A DNA stretch of 64,000 nt from assembly GCA_001784175.1 (NCBI GenBank), contig MFPR01000033.1, positions 62,001 to 126,000 on the forward strand, read 5' to 3'. The notes below the pieces were generated by a model. The model made no database searches. It was given only the letters and a program-made list of their open reading frames with translations, and was not told the DNA's origin. This document shows positions 45,357 to 55,813 of this stretch, piece by piece. The number at the start of each line of letters is the position of its first letter. The stretch's first letter is position 1. The DNA is from Candidatus Lindowbacteria bacterium RIFCSPLOWO2_12_FULL_62_27 (GTDB lineage Bacteria; Lindowbacteria; 2-12-FULL-62-27). Made by a program: the position numbers and the translations under genes.

Positions 45357-46466
45357 ATCGTTCGCTTCCTTGTAATCCGACACGTGCACCCGCACGTCGA
45401 TCTGCCCGAGATGGCCGACGGTCAGAGGAATCGCGCGGCCCTTCTCGCCCGTCAGCACGCACGGAATGTCGGCGGCAACCAGACGGCTTTGGATCATCTC
45501 GGCCTCCCAGTCCAAATGCGTGCTCTTCACGATCGGCCAGTCCGTGCCGCTTGCCACGGACACCTTGATGTCGTCTGGCAGGCAATGAATGCACAGTTGC
45601 GCCTCTTTGATCATCGTCTTCCCGCACACCCCGCACGCGGCCTGCGTCCGCCGCAGATCCGCGTGACACCGCGGGCACGCAAGATCAATGAGAAAACACG
45701 AACCGCCGCACCGCGGGCACGTATCCGTGTCCTTCACGATCTGATGCGCCCGCCACCGCTGCGCCTCGCGCAACGCCTCCGCCGCCAGCGGTCCCGATGG
45801 GTCGTCCATGTAACACGCCATCCACTCGTCTATGGCGTCGCACAGATACCCGAGCCGCTGCAGACTGTGCGCAAGAAAATAATGACATTCGGGATTCTTC
45901 GCCCCATGATCCATTTGTAAAACTTGCTCAAAACACTTGGCGGCCCGCCCATACTCCAGCCGGTCATAATACCGCCGCCCCAACTCCAGCGCCACGCGGC
46001 GCGCCATCGGATGTTCGGTATGACGCTTGAGAAAACTCGAAAGCGCAAACGTCGACTGCGACAGCAGCTCCTCATCAGGAAGGCCCGGCAGCTTCTCCGC
46101 CCACTGCGCTCCCATACGGCGCCGATACAAGACCCAGAACAGCAATATCGCGACGATCGACAAAACCAGCCAAGTAGCCACAGTCGTATTCACCTCCGCA
46201 ACCCGCGCCTCATATACCCCCCCTCTCCCGCCATAGGCGGGAGAGGGTCGGGGTGAGGGTGGCCACGACGCCGTTGTCCCCCTAACCTCAATCCACACGC
46301 CCCTCGCCGCGGCGCTCGTTGTCACCCGCACATATACCGTGTCGGTCATGCGCATCTGGTCGCTCAGAACTACGCCGCTCGTCTCGCTGCTCTCCGTCAA
46401 CACCAGCGTCTCCGTGTCCAGCCAGAACGTGTCGCCCTTCGCCGTATCGGCCGCCAACGCTCTCAC
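45297..46466 (-). CDS. Membrane protein with TPR, double Zn ribbon and DUF2007-like domain
   Basis: TM WLVLSIVAILLFWVLY; TPR helices; CPRC/CPRC/CGVC/CIHC; EAEMIQSRLVAADIPC..VRVHVSD. Confidence 0.7.
   Translation of the reverse strand: MRALAADTAKGDTFWLDTETLVLTESSETSGVVLSDQMRMTDTVYVRVTTSAAARGVWIEVRGTTASWPPSPRPSPAYGGRGGVYEARVAEVNTTVATWLVLSIVAILLFWVLYRRRMGAQWAEKLPGLPDEELLSQSTFALSSFLKRHTEHPMARRVALELGRRYYDRLEYGRAAKCFEQVLQMDHGAKNPECHYFLAHSLQRLGYLCDAIDEWMACYMDDPSGPLAAEALREAQRWRAHQIVKDTDTCPRCGGSCFLIDLACPRCHADLRRTQAACGVCGKTMIKEAQLCIHCLPDDIKVSVASGTDWPIVKSTHLDWEAEMIQSRLVAADIPCVLTGEKGRAIPLTVGHLGQIDVRVHVSDYKEANDLLSIAVDHGDESNGEKRED
46217..46264. repeat. Palindromic repeat family C, in frame within a CDS
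   Basis: CCCTCTCCCGCC-ATA-GGCGGGAGAGGG-TCGGGGTGAGGGTGGCC; encodes WPPSPRPSPAYGGRGG. Confidence 0.78.
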
Positions 46467-46999
46467 CCCCGCCTCCGATAATCCCCCAACACCCGCCGGT
46501 GCGTCGCCAGCCCCAGCCGCGGCATCCTATCGAGCGGAAAATACGCGACGTCCTCTGCGTCATCCCCGGCCTTGACCCCCTGCGTCATCGGCGTGATTCG
46601 AAACGCGGCCACCACCAGCGTGTCGTACCGGTGACTCGCCTCATAATAAACGCCGTGCACGCCCACCACGCGCCCTCGTACGCCCGTCTCCTCGTACAAC
46701 TCTCTCAGCGCTGCCGCGCTCGGCGTCTCCCCAAGCTCCATGAATCCGCATGGCAGACTCCACGCGCCTTTCGCCGGCTCCACGCCGCGCTTTACCAAAA
46801 GGATCCGGTCACGCCGGTCAATCACCAGACACGCAGCCACCGGAACGGGATTCCGATAATAAACATACTCGCACCCCCCGCATACTTTCCGCCGCCGCCC
46901 ATCCACCGCCGCCATGCTCAGCTTCCCGCGGCACAACGTGCAATATCGCAACGGATCGCTCGGATACCGATACGGATCGTAACTGTATCTTCCCTTCAC
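46463..46999 (-). CDS. NUDIX hydrolase with N-terminal Zn ribbon
   Basis: YCTLC..CGGC..YRNP; GFMELGETPSAAALRELYEETGV. Confidence 0.9.
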   Translation of the reverse strand: MKGRYSYDPYRYPSDPLRYCTLCRGKLSMAAVDGRRRKVCGGCEYVYYRNPVPVAACLVIDRRDRILLVKRGVEPAKGAWSLPCGFMELGETPSAAALRELYEETGVRGRVVGVHGVYYEASHRYDTLVVAAFRITPMTQGVKAGDDAEDVAYFPLDRMPRLGLATHRRVLGDYRRRG

Positions 47000-49900
47000 T
47001 CCTCCTCTGCCTCCTCAATGCTCTTCACCAAACTCGCGATCTCCGGTTGCTCCGGCCGCAGCCTCAGACTCTCCCGAAATGCCGTCAACGATTCCTTCGC
47101 CCAGCCGGCCTCATAATAAATCAGCCCGAGCAGCTTGTATCCCTCCGGACTGTTCGGCTGCACTCCGATGGCCTTCCGCGCATGGTCGACCGCTGAAAGA
47201 AAATCTTTTTGCGCGCGGTACAGGAGTGCCAAATTCAAAAACGCGGCCGGCCGCCCCGGATCCAGCCGCGACGCCTCCTTGAACAGCCGCTCGGCCGAAC
47301 TGCGGTCGCCCTGATCCGAAAACGCCAGGCCCATCGCGTTCATCACCTCATACCGCAGATCCGCATCGTCCGTACCCGCAAGCGCGTCTTTGAACATCTG
47401 CACGCTCTTCGGGTATTCCCCATTCCGCCGCGCCATCTCCCCCAGCCGGAACAATACGTTCGGCGGCGACCCCGACCGGGCGGCCGCCAATTCCAGCACC
47501 GCTCGCGCCCTCGCCACGTCGCCGTGCGACGCCAGGATCTCCGACAAGAGCACCGACGCCTCCGCGCCGGCCTCCGCCGGGTCCAGCTCCTGCGTCGTCA
47601 ACAGCTCCTTCAGCGCCGCTTCGCCGAATCCCAGCTTGTGAAGCGCGATCGCGTTCCGAAGATGCGCCTGCGCGTTCTTCGGATCCACCGACAGCGCCTG
47701 CCGGTACTGCTCCAGCGCCACGTTGTATTTGCCGTGCTGCAAAAACAAATCGCCCATCCGAACATGCGCCATCGACCGGTTCTTCGAGTGCAACAGCACC
47801 TGCTTGAAGGACTCGTACGCGTTCGTCACGTCGCCCTGCCGCTGATACGCCAGACCCATCAGCGTGTGCGCCTCCGGAAGCGTCGGATCCAGCGCCAGCG
47901 CCTTTCGCGCGTAATCGATCGCCGCCACCGGACGCATCGCCCGAAGCTCCACCTCGGCCAGGCCCAGAATCGGGCGCGCATCCGACGGAGACAACGCGGC
48001 AGCCCGCGAAAAACTTTCTACCGCCGCGCCCGCGCGACCCTCCAGCAGTTTCGCTCGGCCCATCAGTAAAAATGCCGCCGGGTCCCGGTCGTTCAGCGCC
48101 AGCAGTCGCTCCGCCGTACGCGTTGCCTCAACCACGTTCCCTCGCTGCGCCGCCTGCGCGCCCAGCCTGCGCAGGAGCGCCGAAAGATCCGCGCGGTCTT
48201 TCTCTGTCCCGCCCGCGCGCAGAAGACCAAGGATGATCTCCTCCGCATCCACCACGTTGCCCTGGCCCTGCTCGAGTTCCGCCTGTCGCCGGAGATGTCC
48301 TGCTTGCGCCGCGCCCATGCGGCGCAGCAGCCGGTATTGGTCCAGCGCGCTCCGGTAGTTGCCCGATTCGTACAGCGCGTCCGCATGCCGCCCGATGTAT
48401 TTGGGATGGCCCGTCCGGGTCGCCAGCGACTCCCACAGCGGCGCAGCCTCCGCCGGACGGCCGCTCGCGGCGTACGCCGTCCCCAGCGCGTCCATCACGC
48501 CCGTGTCCGGCGGCGACGCACGGCGCAGCGCCTCCAGCGCGCGGATCGCCTCCGCTCGGTCACCCTGCTCCGCCGCGCGCCGCGCAAGTTGCAAATTCGC
48601 GTCCCGGTCATACGGCGAGTCCTTCAGGATCACTCGATACAGCCCCGCCGCCTTGTCCGCATCGCCCATCTTCGACAGAAGCCGGGCGTACGAACGCAGA
48701 AAACTCGCGCCGCTGTTGCCAAGCGCGTGCGACTGGTCGTACATCTCCCGCGCCAGACTGAGCTGGCCGTCTTCCAGATACCACTGGCCCAGCGTCTCCG
48801 TCAGTTGCTGGCGTTTCCGGCCTTCCTTCGTCAGCCGAAGCTCCCGCTGAAACGCATCGTACGATTGGCTCCTCGTCCGCGCGTCGCGAATCAGGAGCTT
48901 GCCGAAAACTTCATACAGATCTTTGTGCTTCTCCTCTGATCCAAGAAGCTCCGTCACCTCGCCGTAGAGCGTGCCCGCGTTCGGCAGCGCCCCGCCGCTC
49001 GCAACGGCGGATAGCGCCTGGTCGTAGATATGCTGCACCAGCCACTTCCTCGACGACTCGTCTCGCCGGAGCTTCAACAGCGCACGCGTCGTCGCCGCCG
49101 CCTGCTCGGCCTGGCCCTGACGAAGATAAATCTCCGCCTGCAGCGCCAGCCCGTCCGGATCGTCACGGCGGCCCGCCAGATAATCCCGAACGATCACTTG
49201 GGCGCCTCCGAAGTTCCGGTCTTCCAAAAACTGCCGCGCGCGGATCAGTTGGATCGGGTCCGTCGGCGACCGGATGCCGGACAGACGCGCCAATATCGTT
49301 TGCGCTGACGGCGTCCCCTTCCGCAGGTTCCATGCGATCGTCAGAAGCTGCGGATCGTTTGGATATCGCTCGAACAGCACCGTCAAAAGCTCGTTCGCCT
49401 CCGTCTTCCGGCCCATCTGAAGTTTCACGTCCAGCAGTCGCCGCTGAAACTTCGCTCGTTGGTCCGCGTCCTGTTCTTGTGCGGTCAGAAGTTCCAGACT
49501 CCGCACGAGCAAACCGGAATCCGTCGCGAAATCGAAAACGTCGCTCGCCACCTCCAGGATCCGTTTCGACGTCGGATACGTCGCCACCAGCGTCCTCGCC
49601 TGGCCCAGCGCCTTCGCGCGCTGGCCGGACTTGAGATACGCCTCCAGAAGCTCCGCCGACAGGCGCTCCTCCGGGCCGCCGGACAGACGGCGCTCGTACC
49701 ACCGCACGGCGTCCGCTAGTTGGCCCGACACCATCGCCGACCGCGCCAGAAGTTCCTGCACGTCGGGCGAAATGTCGTTCGAGCGCGCCTCCGCGTACTC
49801 CTTCAGAAGCGGATACGCCATCGCCGGGTTCTGTTCTTGGATGTGAATTCGCGCCAAGAAAAGTGGAAGGTCCCCCTCCGCATGCCGGCCCGCATAGGCC

Positions 49901-51405
49901 GCTTGAAGATGGCTCTTCGACTCCGGCCAGCGCGCATGATGATACAAAATCTTTCCCATGAGAAAATGCCCCTCGGCGTCGGACGGCGCCAGCTTCAACG
50001 CGGTCGACAGAGATGCCAGCGCGCTCGACGTGTCCCCTTCCTGCAGGCTGATGCGCGCCAGAAGTTTCTGGCCCTTCGCATCCGGCCACAAGCGGTCCGC
50101 GCGCTGCGCCGACGACTTGGCTTGGACCGCCTCCCCGCTCGACAAATGCCGCGTCGCCTCCACCCACAAAATCTCGGCCAAACGCCGGCGGGTCACCGCG
50201 CTTAGCGCGCCGGACGGCGCCGGCTCGCCCACGCGCAGCGCTTCCGACGGCTCGCCCGCCGACAACGCCAGCGTCACGTAGGTCTCGATCTGCCGCTCCG
50301 GTATCTCTCGCGGGTGACGCGACCGCAGCGCACTCAGCGCGGCGCGGGCGTTGCCCAGCGCGCTCTGCAAATCCGCCAGACGATCCAAAAACGCCGGGTC
50401 GCCCAGCGTCTTCGCCTCCTCCAGAAATTTTAGCTCCGCGGGGGTGTCCGGCGCGTCGCGGAAAAATTGCGACATCGCGCGCGCGACCGTCAGTCGACCG
50501 CGCAAATCCGGCACGCCCCCGCGCCATAACTTCTCCGCAACCTGTCGCGCGGGCGGCGACCGGCCCAGGGCCGCTAGAAGCGTCAGGAGTTCCTGCGGAT
50601 CCGCGCCGCCCGTATAGTAGTACTTCATCCGCTGCGCCAGTGCTTCCGGAGCGTCCTCTAGTCGGTCCGCAATCTTGGCGCGCACCAGATGGGCCGCGCC
50701 CGGATAGTTCTTCAGAACCTCCTTCGCGCCCGCGGCGTCCCCCGCCGCCAGAAACGTCAGCGCCACTGTCTCCGCCAAGTGCGTCGGCAGCGGCGCAAAG
50801 GACGCCGCCCGCCGCAGCGCGGTCATCGCCTCCACCGATTTCGTCGGCTCGCGCTGCGCCTCCCTTAGACACAAATCTCGCAAATATTCCTGATCCGGTC
50901 GATCCGCCGGCGCGGCCAACTGCGCCGTCAGACGGTACGCCTTCTCGGACTCGTTGCGCTGCGCATGATATTTCACCAGCCACAGCCGCAACCGGTCGTC
51001 GACGCCACCCTGCTCGAAAAATTTTGACGCATGTCCCGACGCCGTCGCGGGATTCGTCGCCTGTTGAAGTTCCGCCAGCTTCCGAAGATACTCCGTCTCC
51101 TGCGTCACTTTCTGCAGCCGCTCGTAATACTGGATCGCCTTCGGGATCTGCCCCAGATGTTCCGCGGCCAGCGCGGCGGCCAGAAGCGCGTCGCGATCCC
51201 CCGGAGAAATTTTTAATATCATCTCCGCCCCTTCGATCGCCTGCACGAGCGACTCCTGCAATCGCCCCCGCGTCTCCGCCGGCCCTCCGCCCCCGGCCTC
51301 CCTCGCCTTCTCCGGCGCCGCCTTCCCGCATCCGGCCACGGCGGTCATGACCAGAATTATTCGTCCTATGAGTCCTATCCGTCCTATCTGCCCCGGTCTA
51401 CTCAC
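46996..51405 (-). CDS. Very large TPR-repeat (lipo)protein
   Basis: Lipobox-like VAGC; continuous TPR repeats; GTG start at 51405 overlaps the upstream gene end. Confidence 0.85.
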   Translation of the reverse strand: MSRPGQIGRIGLIGRIILVMTAVAGCGKAAPEKAREAGGGGPAETRGRLQESLVQAIEGAEMILKISPGDRDALLAAALAAEHLGQIPKAIQYYERLQKVTQETEYLRKLAELQQATNPATASGHASKFFEQGGVDDRLRLWLVKYHAQRNESEKAYRLTAQLAAPADRPDQEYLRDLCLREAQREPTKSVEAMTALRRAASFAPLPTHLAETVALTFLAAGDAAGAKEVLKNYPGAAHLVRAKIADRLEDAPEALAQRMKYYYTGGADPQELLTLLAALGRSPPARQVAEKLWRGGVPDLRGRLTVARAMSQFFRDAPDTPAELKFLEEAKTLGDPAFLDRLADLQSALGNARAALSALRSRHPREIPERQIETYVTLALSAGEPSEALRVGEPAPSGALSAVTRRRLAEILWVEATRHLSSGEAVQAKSSAQRADRLWPDAKGQKLLARISLQEGDTSSALASLSTALKLAPSDAEGHFLMGKILYHHARWPESKSHLQAAYAGRHAEGDLPLFLARIHIQEQNPAMAYPLLKEYAEARSNDISPDVQELLARSAMVSGQLADAVRWYERRLSGGPEERLSAELLEAYLKSGQRAKALGQARTLVATYPTSKRILEVASDVFDFATDSGLLVRSLELLTAQEQDADQRAKFQRRLLDVKLQMGRKTEANELLTVLFERYPNDPQLLTIAWNLRKGTPSAQTILARLSGIRSPTDPIQLIRARQFLEDRNFGGAQVIVRDYLAGRRDDPDGLALQAEIYLRQGQAEQAAATTRALLKLRRDESSRKWLVQHIYDQALSAVASGGALPNAGTLYGEVTELLGSEEKHKDLYEVFGKLLIRDARTRSQSYDAFQRELRLTKEGRKRQQLTETLGQWYLEDGQLSLAREMYDQSHALGNSGASFLRSYARLLSKMGDADKAAGLYRVILKDSPYDRDANLQLARRAAEQGDRAEAIRALEALRRASPPDTGVMDALGTAYAASGRPAEAAPLWESLATRTGHPKYIGRHADALYESGNYRSALDQYRLLRRMGAAQAGHLRRQAELEQGQGNVVDAEEIILGLLRAGGTEKDRADLSALLRRLGAQAAQRGNVVEATRTAERLLALNDRDPAAFLLMGRAKLLEGRAGAAVESFSRAAALSPSDARPILGLAEVELRAMRPVAAIDYARKALALDPTLPEAHTLMGLAYQRQGDVTNAYESFKQVLLHSKNRSMAHVRMGDLFLQHGKYNVALEQYRQALSVDPKNAQAHLRNAIALHKLGFGEAALKELLTTQELDPAEAGAEASVLLSEILASHGDVARARAVLELAAARSGSPPNVLFRLGEMARRNGEYPKSVQMFKDALAGTDDADLRYEVMNAMGLAFSDQGDRSSAERLFKEASRLDPGRPAAFLNLALLYRAQKDFLSAVDHARKAIGVQPNSPEGYKLLGLIYYEAGWAKESLTAFRESLRLRPEQPEIASLVKSIEEAEEE
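51363..51390. repeat. 9-bp tandem repeat (GTCCTATNN)x3
   Basis: Same 28 nt as at 55765-55792. Confidence 0.8.
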
Positions 51406-52966
51406 GCCGCCCTCCCGCCGGCGCGCCCAGCGCCGATTCGATCTCGCGCGCCAGCCGCAAAAATTGCCGCTCCCACCCATGCGCCTGCGTTCTCAAAAAG
51501 CGGCCCATGAGCGCCTCTCCCGCAGGCGACGCAAAACGCTCGGAACGGATACGCTCCGCCTCCACGCGCGTCGCGGCCGCAAGTCGCCGCAGGTCGGCCA
51601 GAAGTTGCGTCTCGTTCTCGGCCAGCACATGCTGCCGCTCCTCGATCTGCGCCCGCATCGTTTCGTCCGCCATATGCGCCGCATCCGGCGCCGGCTTCAT
51701 TCGCCCAAGTTCCTGCTCCGTCCGGCGGAACGAATGCAGCAGCATCGCCTGGTCTCGCTGAAATTTCGTCAGCCGCTCATGATACGCCTCGGACTGCGGG
51801 TGCATCCGGTACAATCCCGGGAAACCGAACATCAACGCCCACACACACGCCGCCACTACCCCCGCAACCAATCCCCCCCACGTCGCCGCCGATTGAAATA
51901 AAACCCATACGCCTCGATCCGAAATCAGTGGCGCCGCCAGTCCCGCGCGCACCAGGAGCTCACCCGTTCGCGTCCGCACAAAATTCAGCTTCGTCGGCGC
52001 GCTCGCCTGCGACGGATCGGCCAACAACACGTGGTTCCCGCGGGTTGGATACAGCACGGCACGGCCCCCCGGCAAAAGACAAAATCGGTACGGCTCCGCA
52101 AGGTCCGGCCAGCGCGAGATCCGGCGTAGCGGCTGGCCCACGCTCAATTGATATAATTGCGCGCTCGAATTCATCACGTGAATCCCGCCGCCCTCCGACG
52201 AATAATCCGTCCACCCCTCTGGAAATCCTCGCTCCGAATGCGCCGCATCCGGATCGGGCGCCGCCAAAGCAGGCGGAAAACGACGGTCGAGCGGGGACAA
52301 TATGTACACGCCCGTCCGGCGGAACACCGCGACCAGCGAGCGGCCCACGTACGCCGCCCCGAGCGCAACGTCCGCGCGCGCTTCGGCCGGAAGCGGAATA
52401 TCGGCAAGGCGGGTCGCGTACGGACTCGAAAGCGAAACTCGATGAAGCGACCAGAATCCGATCACCGCCGCTTCTCCGCCTTCAACACCGGGACGCCCGA
52501 ATAGGCCGGTCGTGTCGCTCAACAGATTCGTCACCTGGTCCGATTTCAATAACCATAAATCGTTCCCCGTCGTCGCCAGAACGCCGCCCTCGTACGGTTC
52601 GCACTGCATCCCCGATTCGTCGGCGCTGCCCGCGGCCGGGCGATCATATCCGGCGGGATAAAACCACCCTAGATCTTCACGCCAGATACCTCGCGGGCCC
52701 ACCGCCACTCGCCGGCCGCTGGACGCGTCCCACGCCGCCGACATCACGGGCTCCCGCGCCAATACCGTGGCCGCCTTTGAGACGATGTCCAGTTGAATCA
52801 GGCCCTCGCTGGTCGACAATAGAACCTCGCCGCCACCGGTCGTCCCGGTGGCCGAATAGATCCTCATCTCCAGCGCACGCCGGTCCAGCGTCTTCAGAAT
52901 GTCCGTCTCGCTCAGCGACCACGGCTCCGCCGAGGCGGTCGCGAGTGAAAAAAAATAAATTAACAC
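51398..52966 (-). CDS. Hypothetical membrane protein (beta-rich exterior, TM, coiled-coil tail)
   Basis: Long ORF in operon; TM WGGLVAGVVAACVWALMFGF. Confidence 0.65.
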   Translation of the reverse strand: MLIYFFSLATASAEPWSLSETDILKTLDRRALEMRIYSATGTTGGGEVLLSTSEGLIQLDIVSKAATVLAREPVMSAAWDASSGRRVAVGPRGIWREDLGWFYPAGYDRPAAGSADESGMQCEPYEGGVLATTGNDLWLLKSDQVTNLLSDTTGLFGRPGVEGGEAAVIGFWSLHRVSLSSPYATRLADIPLPAEARADVALGAAYVGRSLVAVFRRTGVYILSPLDRRFPPALAAPDPDAAHSERGFPEGWTDYSSEGGGIHVMNSSAQLYQLSVGQPLRRISRWPDLAEPYRFCLLPGGRAVLYPTRGNHVLLADPSQASAPTKLNFVRTRTGELLVRAGLAAPLISDRGVWVLFQSAATWGGLVAGVVAACVWALMFGFPGLYRMHPQSEAYHERLTKFQRDQAMLLHSFRRTEQELGRMKPAPDAAHMADETMRAQIEERQHVLAENETQLLADLRRLAAATRVEAERIRSERFASPAGEALMGRFLRTQAHGWERQFLRLAREIESALGAPAGGRRE

Positions 52967-52977
52967 CAGTTGGCTGC

Positions 52978-53628
52978 TCAGAACGGACTGCTCTCTACTC
53001 GGATTTTGTATTTCGTCACGCCCTGCGGCGGATGAAGAAAACTTACTTTGAAGGCTTTTCGTTGCCCCACTTCAAGATGCGGCGGGTCAGGATGAACGTA
53101 GGAAAAATTCTGGTCGACGACGGACCCGCTCCGGTCCATCAGAACGACCGTGATCTTTACGTACCGCGCCGGCGTCCTCAACCGGTTCTCCACTTCGCCC
53201 ACGATCTGGAAGATGCCGCTGTTCAGAAGCGCCTCATAACTCACGATCGCCAGCGCTTCGCGCGCGGTCGTGTCGGCGCTGTCGATCGCGCCGCTCTCGG
53301 ACGCGATCGCCCGGAGAGCGGCGGTCGCGGTCTGCACCATCCCCGTTACACCGCCGCCCCCGGACGCGCCCTTCCCCGGTCGCGCCCCCCTGGAACGCGG
53401 CGCCACCACGGTCGTTTCGTGCGGCCCCGCAAACGGTTGAAATACGATCTTCAGGATTTCTTCCGGCTTCAGGATGTACGTCCGGCGGCCGTCCTTCACC
53501 CAGAACGCGCCGTCGCTGTACCGCTCCACTTCTGTGCGTAGCACCTCGCCGGTCTTTAAATAGATCGTGTCGCCAAACGCGGGGGGAAGAATCGTCAGGC
53601 AAAATAACAGAACGGCAGGAAACCTCAT
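52978..53628 (-). CDS. Exported FxLYD-like domain protein
   Basis: Signal peptide, DTIYLKTGE, IVGEVEN..VKITVVLMDRSGSVV..F.VSF. Confidence 0.65.
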   Translation of the reverse strand: MRFPAVLLFCLTILPPAFGDTIYLKTGEVLRTEVERYSDGAFWVKDGRRTYILKPEEILKIVFQPFAGPHETTVVAPRSRGARPGKGASGGGGVTGMVQTATAALRAIASESGAIDSADTTAREALAIVSYEALLNSGIFQIVGEVENRLRTPARYVKITVVLMDRSGSVVDQNFSYVHPDPPHLEVGQRKAFKVSFLHPPQGVTKYKIRVESSPF

Positions 53629-53632
53629 CCGC

Positions 53633-55813
53633 CTACTTCAGAATCAGCGACTGGATTCGCACGTTCTCTCGTTCGTCATAACATCGCACGTCAACGACGG
53701 TCACGGCGCGGCCCTTGAGGTCGATCCGGCCGGTCTCCTCCATCGAGTCGAACAATCGGTCGTCCGGATCCGCCGTCTCCCACGCGCCGCCGTCGACTCG
53801 ATACTCCGCGCGCGACACGCGCGAGTGCGCGTCCGTCGCGCGCCACTGCACACGGTCGCCCTCCGGTTTTACGTCCACCGACGGCGGCGTCCGGTCCAGC
53901 AGAATCAGCGGAAACTCCTGCTCGTGCGCCAACGCGTCGCCGGCGCCGTTCGAGGGCTTGTCGCTCACTTCCAGCTTGAACCGGTACGTGCCGTCCGGAT
54001 AGGGTTCCGACGGAACATTCACGCTCTTGACGTTTTTCGGTTGCGTCGAGGGATCGTAGATCGGAATGAACTTCTTCGAGCCGGGGGGCTGGTAGGAGAG
54101 CTGGTATTGGAGCTGATCGTTGTCAAGGTTCGTCACGTCCCATTGAAAACGGATGTCTCGGCCGTCCGGCGCGCCGTCCTGTGAACGCACAACCTCCGCG
54201 CTCAGATTGATCAGCTTCGGATACAAATTCTGTACCCGGTACGGCAGCCGCAGCCGCCGGATCGCGCCGTCCGGCGATTTCAGCCGGAGTTTCGCTTGGA
54301 AAAATCGGCCCGTCGTCGTTGGCGCGCCGCTCAGCAACTCAAAGTCTGTCCAGCCCGAGTCGATCTCCGACGTCGCGCCCGACCGGATCCACACCTCTGT
54401 CTGATCCCGGCCCGCGCCATACGCCTCCGGCTGGCCGAGGCGCGCGGGAAATCCGGCGTCGAACGCCTTCGTCGTGTATTCTCCGCGGCGCGATGGCTCC
54501 AGCTCCAGCACCGCGGCTGGGTTCGAGGCGGCGGCAATCAGCTTCTTGCCCGATGGGCAGATGACCGAAAGATCCTTCGACGCGCTCTCATAATAAAGTC
54601 GCTCCGATCCTTGCGCCGTGATCCGGTATAAACGACCCGGGTTCGACGTCGCTACCCACACGCCGCTCCCTTCCGGCCACAGCGACAGCGCAATCGACGA
54701 CTGCGAATACCACAGCTTGTGAACCCGCGATCCGTCCAGGGACATCCAGAACAGATTCCCCTCGCCCTTCCCGAACGGGTCCTGGTACGGGGGCAACGTG
54801 CTCGGCGGCTGCGCGGCCGGAGATTCCGGTTTCGCCGGCGCAGGAGGCGGCGGCGCAGGGGACTTCAGCTTCTCGCCCACAGTCTCCGCCATCGCCTCGA
54901 TCGCTTTCTTTAAATCGGCGCCCAGGCCCATCTCGCCCTCTTCGCCGCCGCCTTCGCCCGGCGGGCGCGGCTCCTCCTTCGGGCCGCCCGGCGCCATCGG
55001 CGGGGGAGGAACAAAACGCCGGTTGTTCACCGCTACGGCCAGTCCCCCGTTGAACATCGCCAGCGCCTTGATCTCCGCGTCCGAAAACGAATACAACACC
55101 GTCGCGCGCGCGCCCGCGCCGCCCGCGGTCGCCTGACGGTACACCCGGCCGAGGTCGTCGCCAAAGTAGATCGCGTCGTCGCCTACCAGGAGCGCCGTTA
55201 TGTTTTTCGCCTTGCCGTCCGCCTTGTGCAGCAGCTCCTTCTTCGCGGTCTTTAGATCAATCTTATAGACGGATGGAAAATGGCCGCCCAGCGCGGCATA
55301 CAGTTGATTCTTGTGCGCTGCCAGGGACCATACGTAGTTCGGCGTCACGGCGCCGGTCGAAAAATCAATGAATACCGACGTCTCTCCGCGCTCTGTCACC
55401 TTGTAGATCGTCGCGGACGGCAGCGTCGCCGCATACAGGGACCGGCCGTCCGACGCCAGCGCGCTCACCGCAAAATCGCTCCCAAACCGGCTCGACATCC
55501 GCTTCGCCGCCTGCCCGTCATACACGATCAGCGCCGCCGGATACCCGGCGCCAAAATATAGTTGCTCCCGATGCGTCGCGTAGCACATCATGTACGCGGC
55601 GTCCTCCACAGCGCTTGTCCGCGTCGCTTCGTGCCCGGTCACCAGCTCCCCCAGATCGTTCAGGCCGGACCCGGAAAATTTTCCCTCCAAAAACGACGCG
55701 CTCCCCTCTACGCGCATGTCCTGCGTCGACGACCCCCACGCCACACCCGCACACAACACTATTTGTCCTATGAGTCCTATCCGTCCTATCTGTCCTGTCC
55801 TCGCCTCACTCAT
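53633..55813 (-). CDS. Exported beta-propeller + Ig/Fn3-like protein
   Basis: Propeller-like repeats (YVWSLA, LYAAT, GRVYR, GRLYR); PDGTYRFKLEVSD; DRTPP. Confidence 0.7.
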   Translation of the reverse strand: MSEARTGQIGRIGLIGQIVLCAGVAWGSSTQDMRVEGSASFLEGKFSGSGLNDLGELVTGHEATRTSAVEDAAYMMCYATHREQLYFGAGYPAALIVYDGQAAKRMSSRFGSDFAVSALASDGRSLYAATLPSATIYKVTERGETSVFIDFSTGAVTPNYVWSLAAHKNQLYAALGGHFPSVYKIDLKTAKKELLHKADGKAKNITALLVGDDAIYFGDDLGRVYRQATAGGAGARATVLYSFSDAEIKALAMFNGGLAVAVNNRRFVPPPPMAPGGPKEEPRPPGEGGGEEGEMGLGADLKKAIEAMAETVGEKLKSPAPPPPAPAKPESPAAQPPSTLPPYQDPFGKGEGNLFWMSLDGSRVHKLWYSQSSIALSLWPEGSGVWVATSNPGRLYRITAQGSERLYYESASKDLSVICPSGKKLIAAASNPAAVLELEPSRRGEYTTKAFDAGFPARLGQPEAYGAGRDQTEVWIRSGATSEIDSGWTDFELLSGAPTTTGRFFQAKLRLKSPDGAIRRLRLPYRVQNLYPKLINLSAEVVRSQDGAPDGRDIRFQWDVTNLDNDQLQYQLSYQPPGSKKFIPIYDPSTQPKNVKSVNVPSEPYPDGTYRFKLEVSDKPSNGAGDALAHEQEFPLILLDRTPPSVDVKPEGDRVQWRATDAHSRVSRAEYRVDGGAWETADPDDRLFDSMEETGRIDLKGRAVTVVDVRCYDERENVRIQSLILK
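55765..55800. repeat. 9-bp tandem repeat (GTCCTRTNN)x4
   Basis: GTCCTATGA GTCCTATCC GTCCTATCT GTCCTGTCC. Confidence 0.8.
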
